NCBI GenBank assembly: GCA_964016885.1
Contig: OZ024740.1
Location: 143,840,001-143,904,000, forward strand
Direction of reading: 5' to 3'
Length of the DNA stretch: 64,000 nt
From: Eledone cirrhosa
Taxonomy: Eukaryota
Shown: positions 1-12,860 of the stretch, piece after piece
Layout: every line of letters begins with the position of its first letter
Position numbering within the stretch: position 1 is the stretch's first letter
Notes under the pieces: model-generated
Databases searched by the model: none
What the model saw: only the letters and a program-made list of their open reading frames with translations
What the model was told of the DNA's origin: nothing
Program-made: the position numbers and the translations under genes

Positions 1-3000
1 GACGAATACATGTGTCCACGAGGCAATATCGCTTGGGACTGCAGCTTTAATAGTTTGTTTCTTAGTATTCATGGGCGGTAAGTCCTGAAAATAGGAGCAT
101 AAACGAGCTACGTAGGAAAGAGGATCCTGAAAAGCAAGATCAACAGGGGCAAGCATTTGCCCAGGCAACGCTAGAGGAGCACCATACAGTAATTCGGCCG
201 GGGAGAACCCAAGGTCCTCCTTTATTGATGACCGAATTCCTAACAACACAATAGGAAGGTACTCGCTCCAACGTTGAGAGTCTGGATAGGCGCGAAGAGC
301 GGCCTTTAATTGGCGGTGGAATCGTTCCACCATTTCGTTCGAAGCAGGATGATAAGCTGTGGTCCGAATCTGTTGAGCACCAATGATCTTTGTCAGCTCA
401 GAGAAGAGATGAGACTCAAATTGTCTACCACGGTCTGTGGTGACTGTTGTTGGCACGCCAAAGCGGACAATCGACCCTGACACCAGGGCACGCGCTGTAG
501 TCTCAGCGGTAATGTCTTTTAAGGGGATGGCTTCAGGCCATCGCGAAAAACGATTGATGCAAGTCAAGAGGTAAGAATATCCACTACTGAATGGCCAAAG
601 ACCAACGATATCGATGTGGATATGTTGAAACCGAGCATCTGGAGTACTGAAAGCACCAAGTGGAGTCCAGATGTGTCTGTGGACTTTAGATGTTTGACAC
701 TGTGTGCAGGAACGGCACTAGACAATCATTTCTCGCTTCATATTGGGCCAGAAAAATTTAGCCGTTATGAACTTTACTGTGGCTGAAATTCCTGGGTGAG
801 AAATGCTGTGCAAAGCAAGGAACACAATTCGACGGTGAGTCTCAGGAACATTAGGTTGTGTTGAATCCGTAGATACATCACATAGAATCTGCCTGTCGGT
901 GGTCGACAAGGGCAGATATTTGAAGATGCAAGTCGCAAACTCGGCAGAATGAGTATCCAACGATTGGAATGCAGGTTGGTCTGCAGCTAAACGACTTAAG
1001 TCGATCTCCTGGGATGACGAGATGGAGCTGATTGGCAAACGTGACAATGCGTCTGCAGCTGTGTTAAGCGACCCAGCAATGTGCTGGATATCATTTGTAA
1101 ATTGCGAAACGTAATCCAGGTGCCTTGTCTCTCTGGGTGAATATCTGTCGGCTTTAGCCCTCAAAGCGAAGGTCAGAGGTTTGGGGTCAGTTAAAACAGT
1201 AACATTTCTCCCCTCAAGAATATGAGAGAAATGTTTCACCGACAGATATATGGCTAATAATTCCCGCCCAAACGTGCTGTAACGCATTTCTGTTGGTTTC
1301 AGCTTCCTTGAGAAAAATGCCAAAGGTTGTTGGTTTCCAGCGTTGTACTGCTGTAAAACTGCTCCCACAGCGGTATCAGATGCATCAACACAAAGCGAAA
1401 GCTTGGCCTCTGGTACCGAGTGGGCTAGCAAAGATGAACTCGCAAGTGCTGTCTTGGCAGTCTGGAAGTCTTGAAGCTGTCCTTGTGTCAAGGAAATATC
1501 CTCAAATTAGCACAATGAGGAACGAAACGCCTATAGAAATTGATTCGGCCTAAGAAGTGACGCAACTGGTGAAGTGTAGTAGGCGGAGGTAAATCCTGTA
1601 TGGCTTGAACTCGCTGAGGGAGCGGCCTAATACCTTCGGCATCGATGGGTGGCCTAAAAAATTTAGCGAAGTGGAACCGAAAACACACTTTGCGGGATTC
1701 ACACGAACGCGGTAATCCTGAAGTCGCCGAAATAAAAGATGCATGTGGCGCATATGCTCTTCCGGAGAGGAACTAGTGACGAGAAGATCGTCTATGTATG
1801 CATAAACGAAGTCCAGACCACGACTGACTTCGTCTATGAACCGCTAAAAAGTGTTAGCGGCGTTCCTGAGTCCGAAAGGCATGGTCAAAAATTCGAAGGA
1901 TCTGAAAGGAGTTGTGATCGCGGTTTTCAGAATATTCTCCTTCCTGACCGGAATTTGGTGGTAGGCTCGCACTAAATCTAGTTTTGAGAAAATCTTACAC
2001 CCCTGCAATGAAGATGCGAAATCCTGGAGATGGGGAATGGGATACCTATCCGGGACGGTCATAGCATTTAACCTCCTATAATCCCCAGTGGGTCTCCAGT
2101 CGCCAGAAGTCTTGGGCACCATGTGTAACGGTGAAGCCCAAGGACTCGTGGATGGGCGAATAATGGCCAGCTGCAGCATATGGTCAAGCTCGGACCGTGC
2201 TGCCTTTAATTTGTCCGCCGGTAAGCGGCGTGGACGCGAAAACACTGGAGCACCGGTGGTAGAAATGAAATGGTCAGTTGAGTGGGTTGGCTCAGTGACT
2301 CGAAAATTTCCATCAGTGAGCTCCGGGAAAGAACCTAACAACGAATGGTAGGCGTCTCCAGTGGCAGCGATGAAGAATATGGGATTGACTGTTGGAGCAT
2401 TGGCTTTCCGGCCACGAATTGAAAAACCGGTGATGTCATCCACCAGGCGTTGGCCACGGATGTCCACAATCAAAGAGAAGTTGTGGAGGAAATCCGCTCC
2501 TAAGATAGGGTATGGCAAATCGGCAACCGTAAAAATCCACTTAAAATCCCTACGAAGATTTAGGAATTTGAGAGGAAGCGAGATTTGTCCGTACGTCTTT
2601 ATAGACGAGTGGTTAACGGCCTGTAGAGTAACGGATGACTCCACGGGGGTATCTTTCAGGCAATGGACCGGCCAAATACTACAGGAGGCTCCTGTATCCA
2701 CGAGGAAACCTCTTCCCGACATAAGGTCCTTAATGAAGAAATGGCGGTTTGGTGGCTTTATGCTGCGGTCAACTGCTCCCGTCAGAGGCCCTCTTTGGCG
2801 TTTCTCGCCTTATGAAATGAGCAAGGTTGCACGCAGTGGTTCGCGCTCTCGGCAAAATGCTCGTGGTACCAGCATAAAGATGAAGCTGGTGACCTGGAGC
2901 GGCGTCTAAAAGAGTGAGATCTCCCGTGGCTGCACGAGCGCGAACGGGCACCACACCAGACCTTCATCTTCTGGTGCTCTAGGATGAGTTCCTGAATGGC

Positions 3001-3600
3001 CTTCTGCATCGCCATAATGGCTGAGCTGTCTGTAGGAGTTGCCACGCAGATGACATGGCCAGGTGTGGCCTGAGCTGGTTGGGAAACAGCGGCAAGTGCG
3101 TCGCTACCTCCAGCAGCCGTGACTTCAAAAACTTTGTCCGCGGAGGCGGCAAGCTGATCCACTGTGCAAGTATCCCTAATAGGGGCCAAAATTGCCTGTA
3201 CGTTGGTCGGTGGTGCGAGAAGAACAACTGCTTCAACATGGCAGATTCCGCTACCGACCCCTCCGTTAGGTCCTTCATTCGCCTTAGGAGGTTCGATGAG
3301 GTGCCATCACCGGTATGCTCCAGATGGACCAGAGCCCTAAATCTTTTCTCTGCGGACTGTGCAGTCCGGCTGAGTATTTCAGCCTTCAGTGGGGTGGGTG
3401 TCTCTAACACTAGGTCCTTAATCGCTGGGATAAGAGCCGGCGGAATTGCACTAAGGACTAGGGGACGTTGTTGTGCTTCGTCGATTCTGTTCACCTCGAA
3501 AAATGCTTCGAGTTGGGCGAACCATAACCTTACGTCGCCCGTGTACGTAGGGATAACAGAATGAGATGCCATTGGTATACTGTAAGTAATCTGCCAAAAT
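1..3600 (-). mobile_element. Decayed Ty3/Gypsy LTR retrotransposon (gag-PR-RT-RNaseH-IN), running off the left edge
   Basis: Gag motifs VRLWFAQLEAFF and CWYH..C..PC (2782-3707); protease FLVDTGAS; [34 protein letters not shown] (1844-2722); RNase H VDASDTAVGAVL/RELLAIY (718-1491); integrase HPG..CxxC and HIHIDIVG below 800. PR-RT-RH-IN order; many frameshifts. Confidence 0.95.
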
Positions 3601-4269
3601 TTGTCTCCGTTTGGAAAAATATCTCCAACACAAGGGAAAAAGAAAACAAAATCGCTTGTTTTTCTCTGTGAAACAACTGGACAGGAAAAAGAATGCATCC
3701 GAGACAATATGTAAAGAAGCGACTAACCGAGCAATGGCATTAATAAGGTATAGGCAGCGAATTTAAAACTAAAACCAATATCGCGGACGATCTCGCGCCA
3801 AAATCTTCTCTTCGTAAGGTTGAAGTGGTTATTTCAGCTGCGGCGTAGGAAGTGAGAGAGTGAATTTCCCCAAGTTCCCAAATATATAGTCCCCATGGGG
3901 ATGTAACTCCATTTAGTTAATGGATGTACCACTAGGAGTCACGACCGTCACAAAGGGACGCTTAGTTCATGGATGTGACACTAGGAGTTATGGGCAGGAA
4001 ATTATCTAACATGTCCTTCTTGTTGGAATCTATTCTTAGCAGTATTTCTGACTCATGGTAGACATCTACCAAGAGGTTGCCGAATAAGTCTGCCATAAAC
4101 TTGTAAAGCATGTAGGGTAGACTATCTAAATGGAGCAACTTGAGTCTCATGCAGTCACTCAACACATCTCATCTGTCAGCAGCTCTAATCCGCTCATTGC
4201 AATGTATCCTCTCTACCAACTATAGACATGACAGGTCAATGAGGTAGTCTGCCACTGTTCCTAATAACA

Positions 4270-5463
4270 TACTTCTTTACTTGTGAAAATGGGCTTTGTT
4301 ACTGTCACAATGTGACTGGTCTGTTTGAGGCAATTGGAATTGCCTGTAACCCCAGCAAGTGGTGCCTCTTTATCGACAGCTCATCCAGGAGCCTCAAAGC
4401 AGTGCTACTTCATAATGGAAACATATATCCCTCTTTTCCTCAAGCTCACTTGGTGCAGCTCAAAGAGGAATACAGCATTGTCAACATCTTGCTAGACTCC
4501 TTGAAGTATGAGCAATACTGTTGGGAAGTTATTGGAGACTTCAAAATGGTGTCATTCTTGATGGGTCTTCAAGGTGGCTTTACCAAGTTTCCATGTTATT
4601 TTTGTCTTTGGGATAGCAGAGTCACTGCGGCACACTACCACAGGCAAGACTGGCCACAGCGAGCCAAGTTCAGAGTTGGGATACATAATGTCAAATGGGA
4701 ACGACTGATTGATCCCCAAAAGGTATTGTTTCCACCACTTCACTTAAAATTGAGTCTTATGAAACAGTTTGTCACAGCTCTAGATAAGTAGTCGGCAACC
4801 TTCAAGTAATTTCTTCCCTAAACTGTCTGAGGCAAAATTGAAAGCCGATGTCTTTGTCAGACCACAAATAAAGAAAACCATGGAGTGCAAGGAATTCTCC
4901 AAGAAGCTCACTAAGACAGAGGAGGCAGCGTGGAACAGCTTTGTTGCATTGGTTTGGGTCTTCCTGTGGAATCATAAAGCCGAAAATTATGTGGAGTTTG
5001 TTGAGACCCTAGTGAAGAACTTCAGCAAAATGGGTTGCAGGATGTCCCTCAAAGTACATATCCTTGACGCTCATCTTGATAAATTCAAGAGGAACATGGG
5101 AACATACTCGGGGGAGCAAGGCGAGCGCTTCCACCAGGATATACTTGACTTTGAACGTCGCTACCAATGATCATATAATGAAAACATGATGGAGACTATA
5201 TATGGAGGAGGATTCGAGAAGCAATTTTCAGCTTAAGCGAAAATCCTGAAAAACCACTCACTTCTAAGTTTTTTTGTAAAATCCTAGAACAAATATATGC
5301 TAATTTTTCAATCATGTCATTTTATTCCAACTTTGCTTGAACGAGAATGTTCACATTTGACAGTTTTCCCAATGGGATTAGGTAAATCTAGAAATATCAT
5401 TATCATGACCATAAAAGCAAAGTTTTAAGGAAATATTAGCCATTTTTCATACTTTTTAGGCAT
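4270..5463 (+). mobile_element. Chapaev3-type (CMC) DNA transposon fragment with disrupted transposase
   Basis: ORFs 4312-4791 and 4838-5170 contain LFIDSS.RSLKAVLLHNGN, GDFKMV, CYFCLWDSR, PPLHLKL, MSLKVHILDAH and EQGERFHQ. I recognise these as Chapaev3 transposase motifs. The right end is cut off by the next element. Confidence 0.75.
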
Positions 5464-6645
5464 GGTAGCAACAGGCCACTTTACCGGTCAGGTATGGTGG
5501 CCTAGGCCTCCGGTCCCCGATTTCACTAGCTTTGCCGGCGTATCTTTCGTCGGTAACCTCGTGCCACGTCCTCGTCAGCAGGGTTCTTCAAAACACAACA
5601 GAACCCTCTATGTTCAGAGAACGTGAGGCCGCCTGTGAGACGTGGGACCGGCTGGGACTTAGCCCAGTAGACGTCCCTCCTCCTTCTCCTCCTGTTGACG
5701 TCAAGTCCCCCCAACGCACTTGGGATGCCATCCAGTGCAGCCTGGCCTCAGACAGGCTCACGCGCCAGCTCGACCAGCACCGCCTTGCTTATTTTTGTGC
5801 GGCCTCCAAAGCCCACAGTGGTACCTTGCTCCATGCTCTGCCCTCCTTCTCCACTGGCACGCAGCTAGACAACCATAGCCTGCGAATCGGCGTTTCCCTG
5901 AGGCTCGGCCTCCGGATCTGCCAGCCACACCAATGTCGCTGCGGTTCCACCGTGGACTCTTTCGGCCTCCACCCGCTTACCTGTCGCCATAGTGCCGGCC
6001 GCATTCCACGCTATACTGCCCTCAACGAGGTCATTAAGCATGGCTTGGACGCTGCAGGCTTCCCTTCCCAGCTCGAGCCGGTGGGGCTGGATCGAGGGGA
6101 CGGCAAAAGGCCAGATGGCATGACCATCTTCCCGTTCCGCGGTGGCAAACCCCTCGTCGGGGATGCCACTTGCACCGACACTTTCTGCAGCCGCAACCTG
6201 GTGCAGTCTGCGACTGACCCAGGTTCTGCTGCACGTCGGGCTGAGGGAGCCAAACTCCTCAAATACCGGTCGATCTCCGACAGGTTTGCGGTCGTTCCCC
6301 TGGCAGTGGAAACTTCTGGTGTCCTCGGCCTCAGGGCTACCTCCTTACTCACCACCATAGGCGCTGAGCTGGCCAGCCGTAGGTGTGAGCCCTGCGAGTT
6401 GGAGTGGCTTTTCCAGCGCGTCTCCCTTGCCGTCCTCCGGGGAAACGCCTTCTCCATTCTGTCCGCTGGGGCTGTGGGTGGGCCCCATCGCGTACCATTA
6501 CATTAGTTAAATACCATTCTTTCATCTCATACATATATATAACATGGAAAACTATGTCATAATGCGGAAATGCTATCTAAAAAAAATTATTAATCAAATG
6601 ATATCCTAATAATAAATTAATTAAATAAAAAAAATAATAAAAAAT
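5464..6645 (+). mobile_element. 5'-truncated CRE-clade non-LTR retrotransposon (zinc knuckle plus restriction-like endonuclease)
   Basis: GC-rich ORF 5532-6506 with C.C..H..C knuckle (CRCGSTVDSFGLHPLTC), R(Y)..LN, LEP, RPDG, DAT, K..KY, PLAVETSG and FQRVSLAVLRGN; A-rich tail at about 6610-6645. Confidence 0.8.
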
Positions 6646-6989
6646 TATACAAAGGAGAGTAAGACAAAAATTACTAGTGAAACAGCAAGAACAAAATATG
6701 CTTATTTTGTGTATCTACGACAGTAGACAATGAAAACATGGAAGAAAAATAACAAAACAAAAATACTCTAGTGATAGTGCAGGACGCGTGATATTCTATT
6801 TGCCTAGGACCTACATAGACAGATGTGGAGTGTTAAATTTAACTACAATGATCGGCCACTACCGAATCTCATTTCTTACAATAATGAAATGTATATTTTC
6901 AGCTGATGGGATTCTGTAAGTATAATTCCCATTACATACACCAGTGATTATTTATTTTAAGTACAATTTTCACACGTAGCAGCTTATTT

Positions 6990-7250
6990 ACAGGCACTAC
7001 GTTACGTCATTTGTGTTTACGTTTCGGTTTTTGATTTTGTCTTAATATTTTACTTATGAGTACATGCAAATAAGGCAATGTCTTAAGAAATTTAGCCGCA
7101 GTTGAATGATTTTTTTTAATGATAGAGACTCGAGTATGAATGACAAAAGTATGTTAGACATAAATAACAATATTACACACGCAGCAACATTGTTTTCAGT
7201 TATCACATCCGGTTGTTGTAGTCTACTTCCGGTTAAGTCACACGGCATTG
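6990..7250 (+). promoter_or_regulatory. Putative housekeeping-type promoter of the TGOLN2-like gene
   Basis: CRE/ATF-like TTACGTCA at about 7002 and ETS-like ACTTCCGG at about 7225, with local CpG enrichment 150-370 bp upstream of the ATG. Confidence 0.35.
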
Positions 7251-7375
7251 ATTCACATTGACTTGTAATTCACAACGCCTTCATCTCTTGTTCAACTCTA
7301 AAATAAGAGAGACAAGTTGCTTGTAAGTACTAAGATTACAATAAAATTTGAACTTGAACTCCCAGAGAAGAAATA

Positions 7376-7724
7376 ATGGCCAATTTTGGTCGGACGGTCG
7401 CCGGCTTTTTATTGTTATGGTTTTGTTTATGCTCTTTCTATCAACCCTGTCACAGTGACATGCCAAAGTGTTACTCCACTCCTCTTCGGTGTAAGGAAGA
7501 CATTAATGACATAAAGAATGTATGTTCACATTTGAAAGACAATCCACTTATTTGCACACTGCCACCTATTAATAGCTCTAAAACTGCAGTCTGCGACAAT
7601 ATAGCCAATATAACAGCGTATCTGCATTTTGAAATAACAGATATTAAACATTGTAAAGCATTCTGTTTTCTTTACCCGAGTGTCTGTAATTATATATACA
7701 TTATTGGGTTCGCTAACTGGCAAG
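7376..7724 (+). CDS. TGOLN2: TGN38/TGOLN2-KCT2-like gene, exon 1 (signal peptide plus Cys-rich domain)
   Basis: ATG context ataATGG; hydrophobic signal peptide MANFGRTVAGFLLLWFCLCSF; 8 further Cys; donor CAAG|GTAAGG at 7724/7725, phase 1, matching exon 2. Confidence 0.8.
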
Positions 7725-8529
7725 GTAAGGACAAAACTTTTTTTTTTTTAAATTAGTGTTTACTTGTTTAGTTCTTAATCAGTTGTTTCATTTTACTGTT
7801 CATTTTACAGATAAATGTAGATTGTATTCATGTTTTATGTATATAAATGTTCTTTGTATTTTCAAGTAATTCGACACGGCACAAAAATATCTCTTATGCA
7901 TTTTATTTCAATTAATGTATCAAAACTGTTCGTGTTGATTCAAAAATAACAAGGTTATTGGTGTGCTTTACACGGTCGCTCGGCATGCTAGAAATAGCAA
8001 CCAAATTTCCCTTATCCCACCCTACAGTATTAAAGAAAGGAAGGACATCGGATGATGTAGACTTATCATACAGAAACTAGTAAAACCAGTTTTTATATTA
8101 AGGTATTTGATATTGTATATTGATAATTGTAATAACACTGGAATACATTTTGTGATTGCTAACCGCTATATCAATCAAACCTGTTTTTCTTTTCGGATAC
8201 AGCAAGCACAAATTGGTTATATGCATAGTTTTATTATTTTATATAGTTGATAGTTCAAATGTAGACAATAAACGGAGATCCTTTATATTACGACCGTAAT
8301 TTTAATCAAATATAAGTAAAATAACAAACGTCGTACATTTTCTAAAGACACAATGCTTCAGATATGTAATTAATAATAAATATATGATGTTATTATAGAA
8401 CACCACACTCGATTTCAGTGGGAAAACATTTTTTTCTCGTTGAAAAAGATTTTTTTTTAAATTTCCCGTGTGCTATCAACTAATCTAACCACCAAGATTC
8501 TGGCAATCAAGTTTTTTTTCCTCCGATAA

Positions 8530-9180
8530 CTCCATTTCTCGGAGTTTACCGAACGGATTTTTTTTTTTTGTTTTTTTTTTTCGTGTTATCGATGAACCAA
8601 CCAGTCAAACATCTAGATTTGTAGAAAAAAGTGGGGAAAGGCGGACCTCTCAACTCTACGGGGAGATGTATTTTGTGAAAATGGGTGTAGCTTTCATTAT
8701 GTAAAATCTCCCCATTTTGCCTAATTTCTCCCCGTTTTGGGGGTCACTTTTTTCCGTTTGGGTTTTTATAAGTTGGCATGTCTGGAAAGAGGCGAAAAGA
8801 CCATCGAAGTTTCGCAGATCTACACACACACACCTCACGTTTGGTGAGAAATAATCACATTTCCTTTTTTTTTTTTTTTTTGATCTCTTAGATGCTTGCA
8901 ATAGACTTTTTTTTCTCTGGTTAGAGTTTCCGTTTTCCAGGAAAAAGTCGATTGCAAGCATCTAAGAGGTCCAAAAAGGAAACGAGGAAAGATAATTAAT
9001 TATTCCCCGCCAAACGTGAGAGGTGTGTAAATCTGTGAAACGCCGATGATTTTCTCGCACTCTTTCACTGTACGTTTTCTACAAATCTAGTCGTTTCCTA
9101 CTGGTTTGGAAGTCCTACTCGTTGATAACACGTAAAAAAAAAAGTCATATGGAAAACTCCGAGGGGGGAACCGCCCACAC
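8530..9180. mobile_element. Foldback/MITE-like element with nested imperfect inverted repeats
   Basis: About 8535-8630 pairs with about 9070-9165 (ctagatttgtagaaaa/ttttctacaaatctag); about 8790-8910 pairs with about 8942-9060 (cttagatgcttgcaat/attgcaagcatctaag). Confidence 0.6.
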
Positions 9181-10363
9181 CTTTTGTTTCTACAGCTAGT
9201 CCTGAACTAGCTATAGCTAGTCCTAAGTACAGCCGACGGGTCCCGACTCTTTATAATATATATATATATATATATATTTAGTCAACAATGGTATTATTTG
9301 ATGCAATATAATAATAAATCCATTAGGCGACAAAATAAATCCTACACGTAACCATAAAAAAAGTCTTGTTGGAATCACCACTGACTATATTGGATCAAAC
9401 ATTGTAATACGCATTTGAGGCATTAGTGAACGTTTCTTTAGAACATTTAATTTGTATTGTTCTGATTTCTGTTACTATTTTTGCATAGATCATTCCCTGC
9501 TTACGTGTTGTTGTTTAACCTACATCAGCAGTGGTTAACACTTATTTAGATATTTGCTGTGGATCGAACTCAGCGTCGATGTTTGCTCGTGTTTGTTTAT
9601 ATATATTATCAGTAATCAATTTACCTTTAGTGACTTTGTTTAATCCCCTATAAAGTCTAATATAGCTTTGTTGAACTTGAATTGAATCTAAAGTCATTTA
9701 ATGTTGCAATTCGAAAATTTGACTTATTGTTATCCGCGACTTCAAACATATTTAGTTTTTTTGTTTAATTAAAAAGAATGGTTTATATACATTATGAAGA
9801 AATGAATAAGCATGGTTTATGTGGTTTACTTCGCATACACGTGGTTCCTAGTTCGATCCTCATGCGCAATCTGGAAAACAGGATTGTGCTTTGTTAATGA
9901 ATACAGTATAATGGTAAAAAAAAAACATTTTAACTTCAGATCCAACCTTTAGGACTCGTAAATCTTACATTATACCTCTATCACCAACAAGGTTGTGTAG
10001 ATCTTTAAGTGGATTCACTGCCAGCCTATGACGTGCTGAAAATTTGGTGTTAAAATCTTGAACGTCCCATTTACCATGAAATTAAATGTTCCCAAGAAAG
10101 TGACCATGACGTTTTTTAATTTAAAAAGAAGAGAAAAAACTATACGAAAAGCTCGGGCCTCTTGTAGTCAAACGGTTTGTTTGCATCATTTGATTAGTTG
10201 CATTAAAATCAATAAGGAACTGGCATTCAAAATATTTCAGTGAACAATTTTGATTATAAATGCTTGTTTTAATGTATGTAATTTATATAAAATAAATTCT
10301 CTCTCTCATACACTCAATAATCGTAATGCGAAGGCTAGATTTCTATAATTCATTTAAATGTTC

Positions 10364-10968
10364 GGCATACGTCAAGACGGGCGGTCTCAAAAGTGAAAGT
10401 AAATTTATTTTCATTTTCGAACGTCGTGTTTACATTTTGTGTGTGTGTTTAGATCTAAATTAGTTACTGAGATTAAAGACAGAATCAGAGCCTCTGTCGT
10501 TTTAACTGATTATATATATATGTATATGTGTGTGTGTGTGTAGTTGACGGTTGAGAGCAGAGTACTCAATACCGAAGTAATCTTGTAATGAGGCTTGCAG
10601 AATGGTGAGTCCGCCATTCTAGACGCTGCTGCCTTGTAGAAGTCCCAAATCGAAGCTCTGACACTCTCGTCCCCATCATTCAGGAGGGATTTTGCCAGGC
10701 AGCCGCATCATCTCCGATGGTTGGGCTTCCTATTCGGAAATTGAAGGTGGGATTTACGTTCATGATGTTGTGGTGCACGAACGGAACTTTGTAGATCCTG
10801 CGGACCTTGATGTGCACACACAGCTCATAAAGAACACATGGAGCCGTGCAAAAAAGAAGCTTCGTCGCCAGCATGTTTCGTTTGAACACACACAAAATGT
10901 AAACACGACGTTCGAAAATGAAAATAAATTTACTTTCACTTTTGAGACCGCCCGTCTTGACGTATGCC
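10364..10968 (+). mobile_element. Non-autonomous Merlin (IS1595/ISXO2-like) DNA transposon
   Basis: About 85-bp near-perfect TIRs starting GGCATACG; 9-bp TSD TAAATGTTC (10355-10363 and 10969-10977); internal remnant IISDGWASY..VVH..NFVDP..VHTQLIKNTW. Confidence 0.9.
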
Positions 10969-11029
10969 TAAATGTTCATCACTATCGTACATATACTCCA
11001 TTATGGACTACCACATCGGAATTAAGATA

Positions 11030-12030
11030 CATCATCATCATCATCATCGTTTAACGTCTATCTTCCACGCTAGCATAGGTTTAGACGGGAGTTGTCCCAC
11101 GTGAGGCAAGATTTGTTGTCTTGCTCGTATAGGACTGTCTGGTGGGTTTTCTACGGTTGGATACCCTTCCTAACACCAACCACGTTTACAGTGTGGACTG
11201 GGAGGTTTTTACCGTGTTACCTACACGGTCACATAACAGCGTGGACTGTGTTTTTTTTTGTTTTGTCGTGACACCTACACGACCTCATTTATTTATGACT
11301 GGATGTTATGGCACCAACATAACTTTACAGAGAAAGGGGTGGTGTAGATGGGGGTGGGCGTAGGGGTAGTGAGATGGGGTGTATTTTTGGTTAGGAGGTG
11401 CCTACTGACTAGGTTTCATGTGATGTTAAGTGCTTGATCCTAATTATTCTAATTTGGTCACCCAGGTAGCAGAAGCAGTCCATCGCTAACTTTGTTCACT
11501 GCTCCCCTATATATGGCTTGTGCAACCATCACAAGCCACTCTTCTACTCCTAGTTTTCTAAGAGCCCACCAGACTATGGAACGGGAGAACTCTGTCAAAG
11601 GATTTATCAAGATCAACAAATGCCAGGTAGAGCGGCTTACCTTTAGCTAGGTACATCTCCTGTAGCTGCTTCACAAGGACGAGAGCGTCTGTGGTACTTT
11701 TACTCGGCACAAATCCAAACTGCATCTCATCTAGGTTAACCTGGTCCGTCATCAGCTGTGCTATAACTCTTTCTGTTACTATCATGATCTGGTCCATCAA
11801 CTTGATGCCTCTATAGTTTCCTCTGTCTAGTGCACCTCTTTACCCTTGTAGCAGTTGACCATGATGCTGCTGTGCCAGTAATTCAGTATGACATTATTAC
11901 AAGTAGTATGGTGTGACCCACCGACCCAGATGCTTTCAGCATCTCAACAACTATCCCTGGTGGACCTGCTTTCTCAGTCTTCATATCCTTAATTGCCTTA
12001 CTTACTACACTGCTGCTGATTTGTACGGCT
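11030..12030 (-). mobile_element. RTE LINE fragments (RT part plus 3' UTR with (GAT)n tail)
   Basis: EMQFGFVPSKSTTDAL and LAFVDLDKSFDRV; (CAT)n tail at about 11030-11048. Confidence 0.88.
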
Positions 12031-12479
12031 TGTTCTCTTTAATAGCATGTTTTGTTTTTAGATACTGCTCAATTATTTTTATATAATGTCAATGTTTTTT
12101 CATGACATCGTAATATTTTGTATACTGAATATGTTTGTATTTAGCAGTTCATAAATAAAGAGATCATATTGTGGTTACTCTTTTAGTTGTCTTTTATGAA
12201 ACTGAGAATATAAAAGATTAATAAGATTTATCATAAAACTAATTAAAGTGTCCTTTCTTTTCTATATGTAAAGATATACTAGTGGAGGGGATAAGATATT
12301 CAACTGCCAGTTGAATATCTTATGAGTTCAGATCTTGTGTTTTCAGGCAGAATAGTTGCTTTAGTTCACTTATCTATTGGAAAATGTACTAAAGCATCTG
12401 GAAATATTGACTGTGATAGATCACCATCTCATTTGTTTATTTTCTTTCATTTTCATTAGCTGCCTCTCTCCCACTCAAG

Positions 12480-12860
12480 TTCATCATCACCATTTTATGA
12501 CAGCTTTTCCAAGCTTTTATGGGTTGGATAGGTCTTTTCTTGCACAGTATTCCTCCACTCGTCGCAGTCCTTTGTCATCTCCTCTGTGAGCTTCAGTGAT
12601 TTGAGATCAGCCCTCACCGCCTCTGCAAGTTTTCCTTGGTCTTTCTCTACTACAGCTTCTTTCCATTGGGATTTCTTCACCCAGTGGTCATCATATATAT
12701 GCATCACATATCTCTGTACACTACATCTGATTCCTCTTATATTCAGTTTTTCTCTCAGTTCATCCATGCTTCAGTATTTCACATCCATCGAAGTATCCTC
12801 GCTTTATTTCTCTCCAGCCTTTGCATATCATCTGCATTTAATGCTTATGTTTCGCTACCA
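12480..12860 (-). mobile_element. RTE LINE 3' fragment
   Basis: LREKLNIRGIRCSVQ..DDHWVKK, homologous to the C-terminus of ORF 56612; (CAT)n tail. Confidence 0.8.

Noticed and set aside
2088-3564. Plus-strand ORFs over the Gypsy element (and similar antisense ORFs over the RTE and CRE copies)
   Set aside because: Shadow ORFs of transposon coding strands.
3620-4200. 5' LTR and PBS of the Gypsy element
   Set aside because: A TATA-like motif, a short direct repeat (about 3912 and 3962) and TGGCGC are present, but no convincing TG..CA boundaries and no second LTR in the window.
5545-5580. Minus-strand CTGACGA...GAAA
   Set aside because: Stem II does not close and it lies inside the CRE ORF; likely chance.
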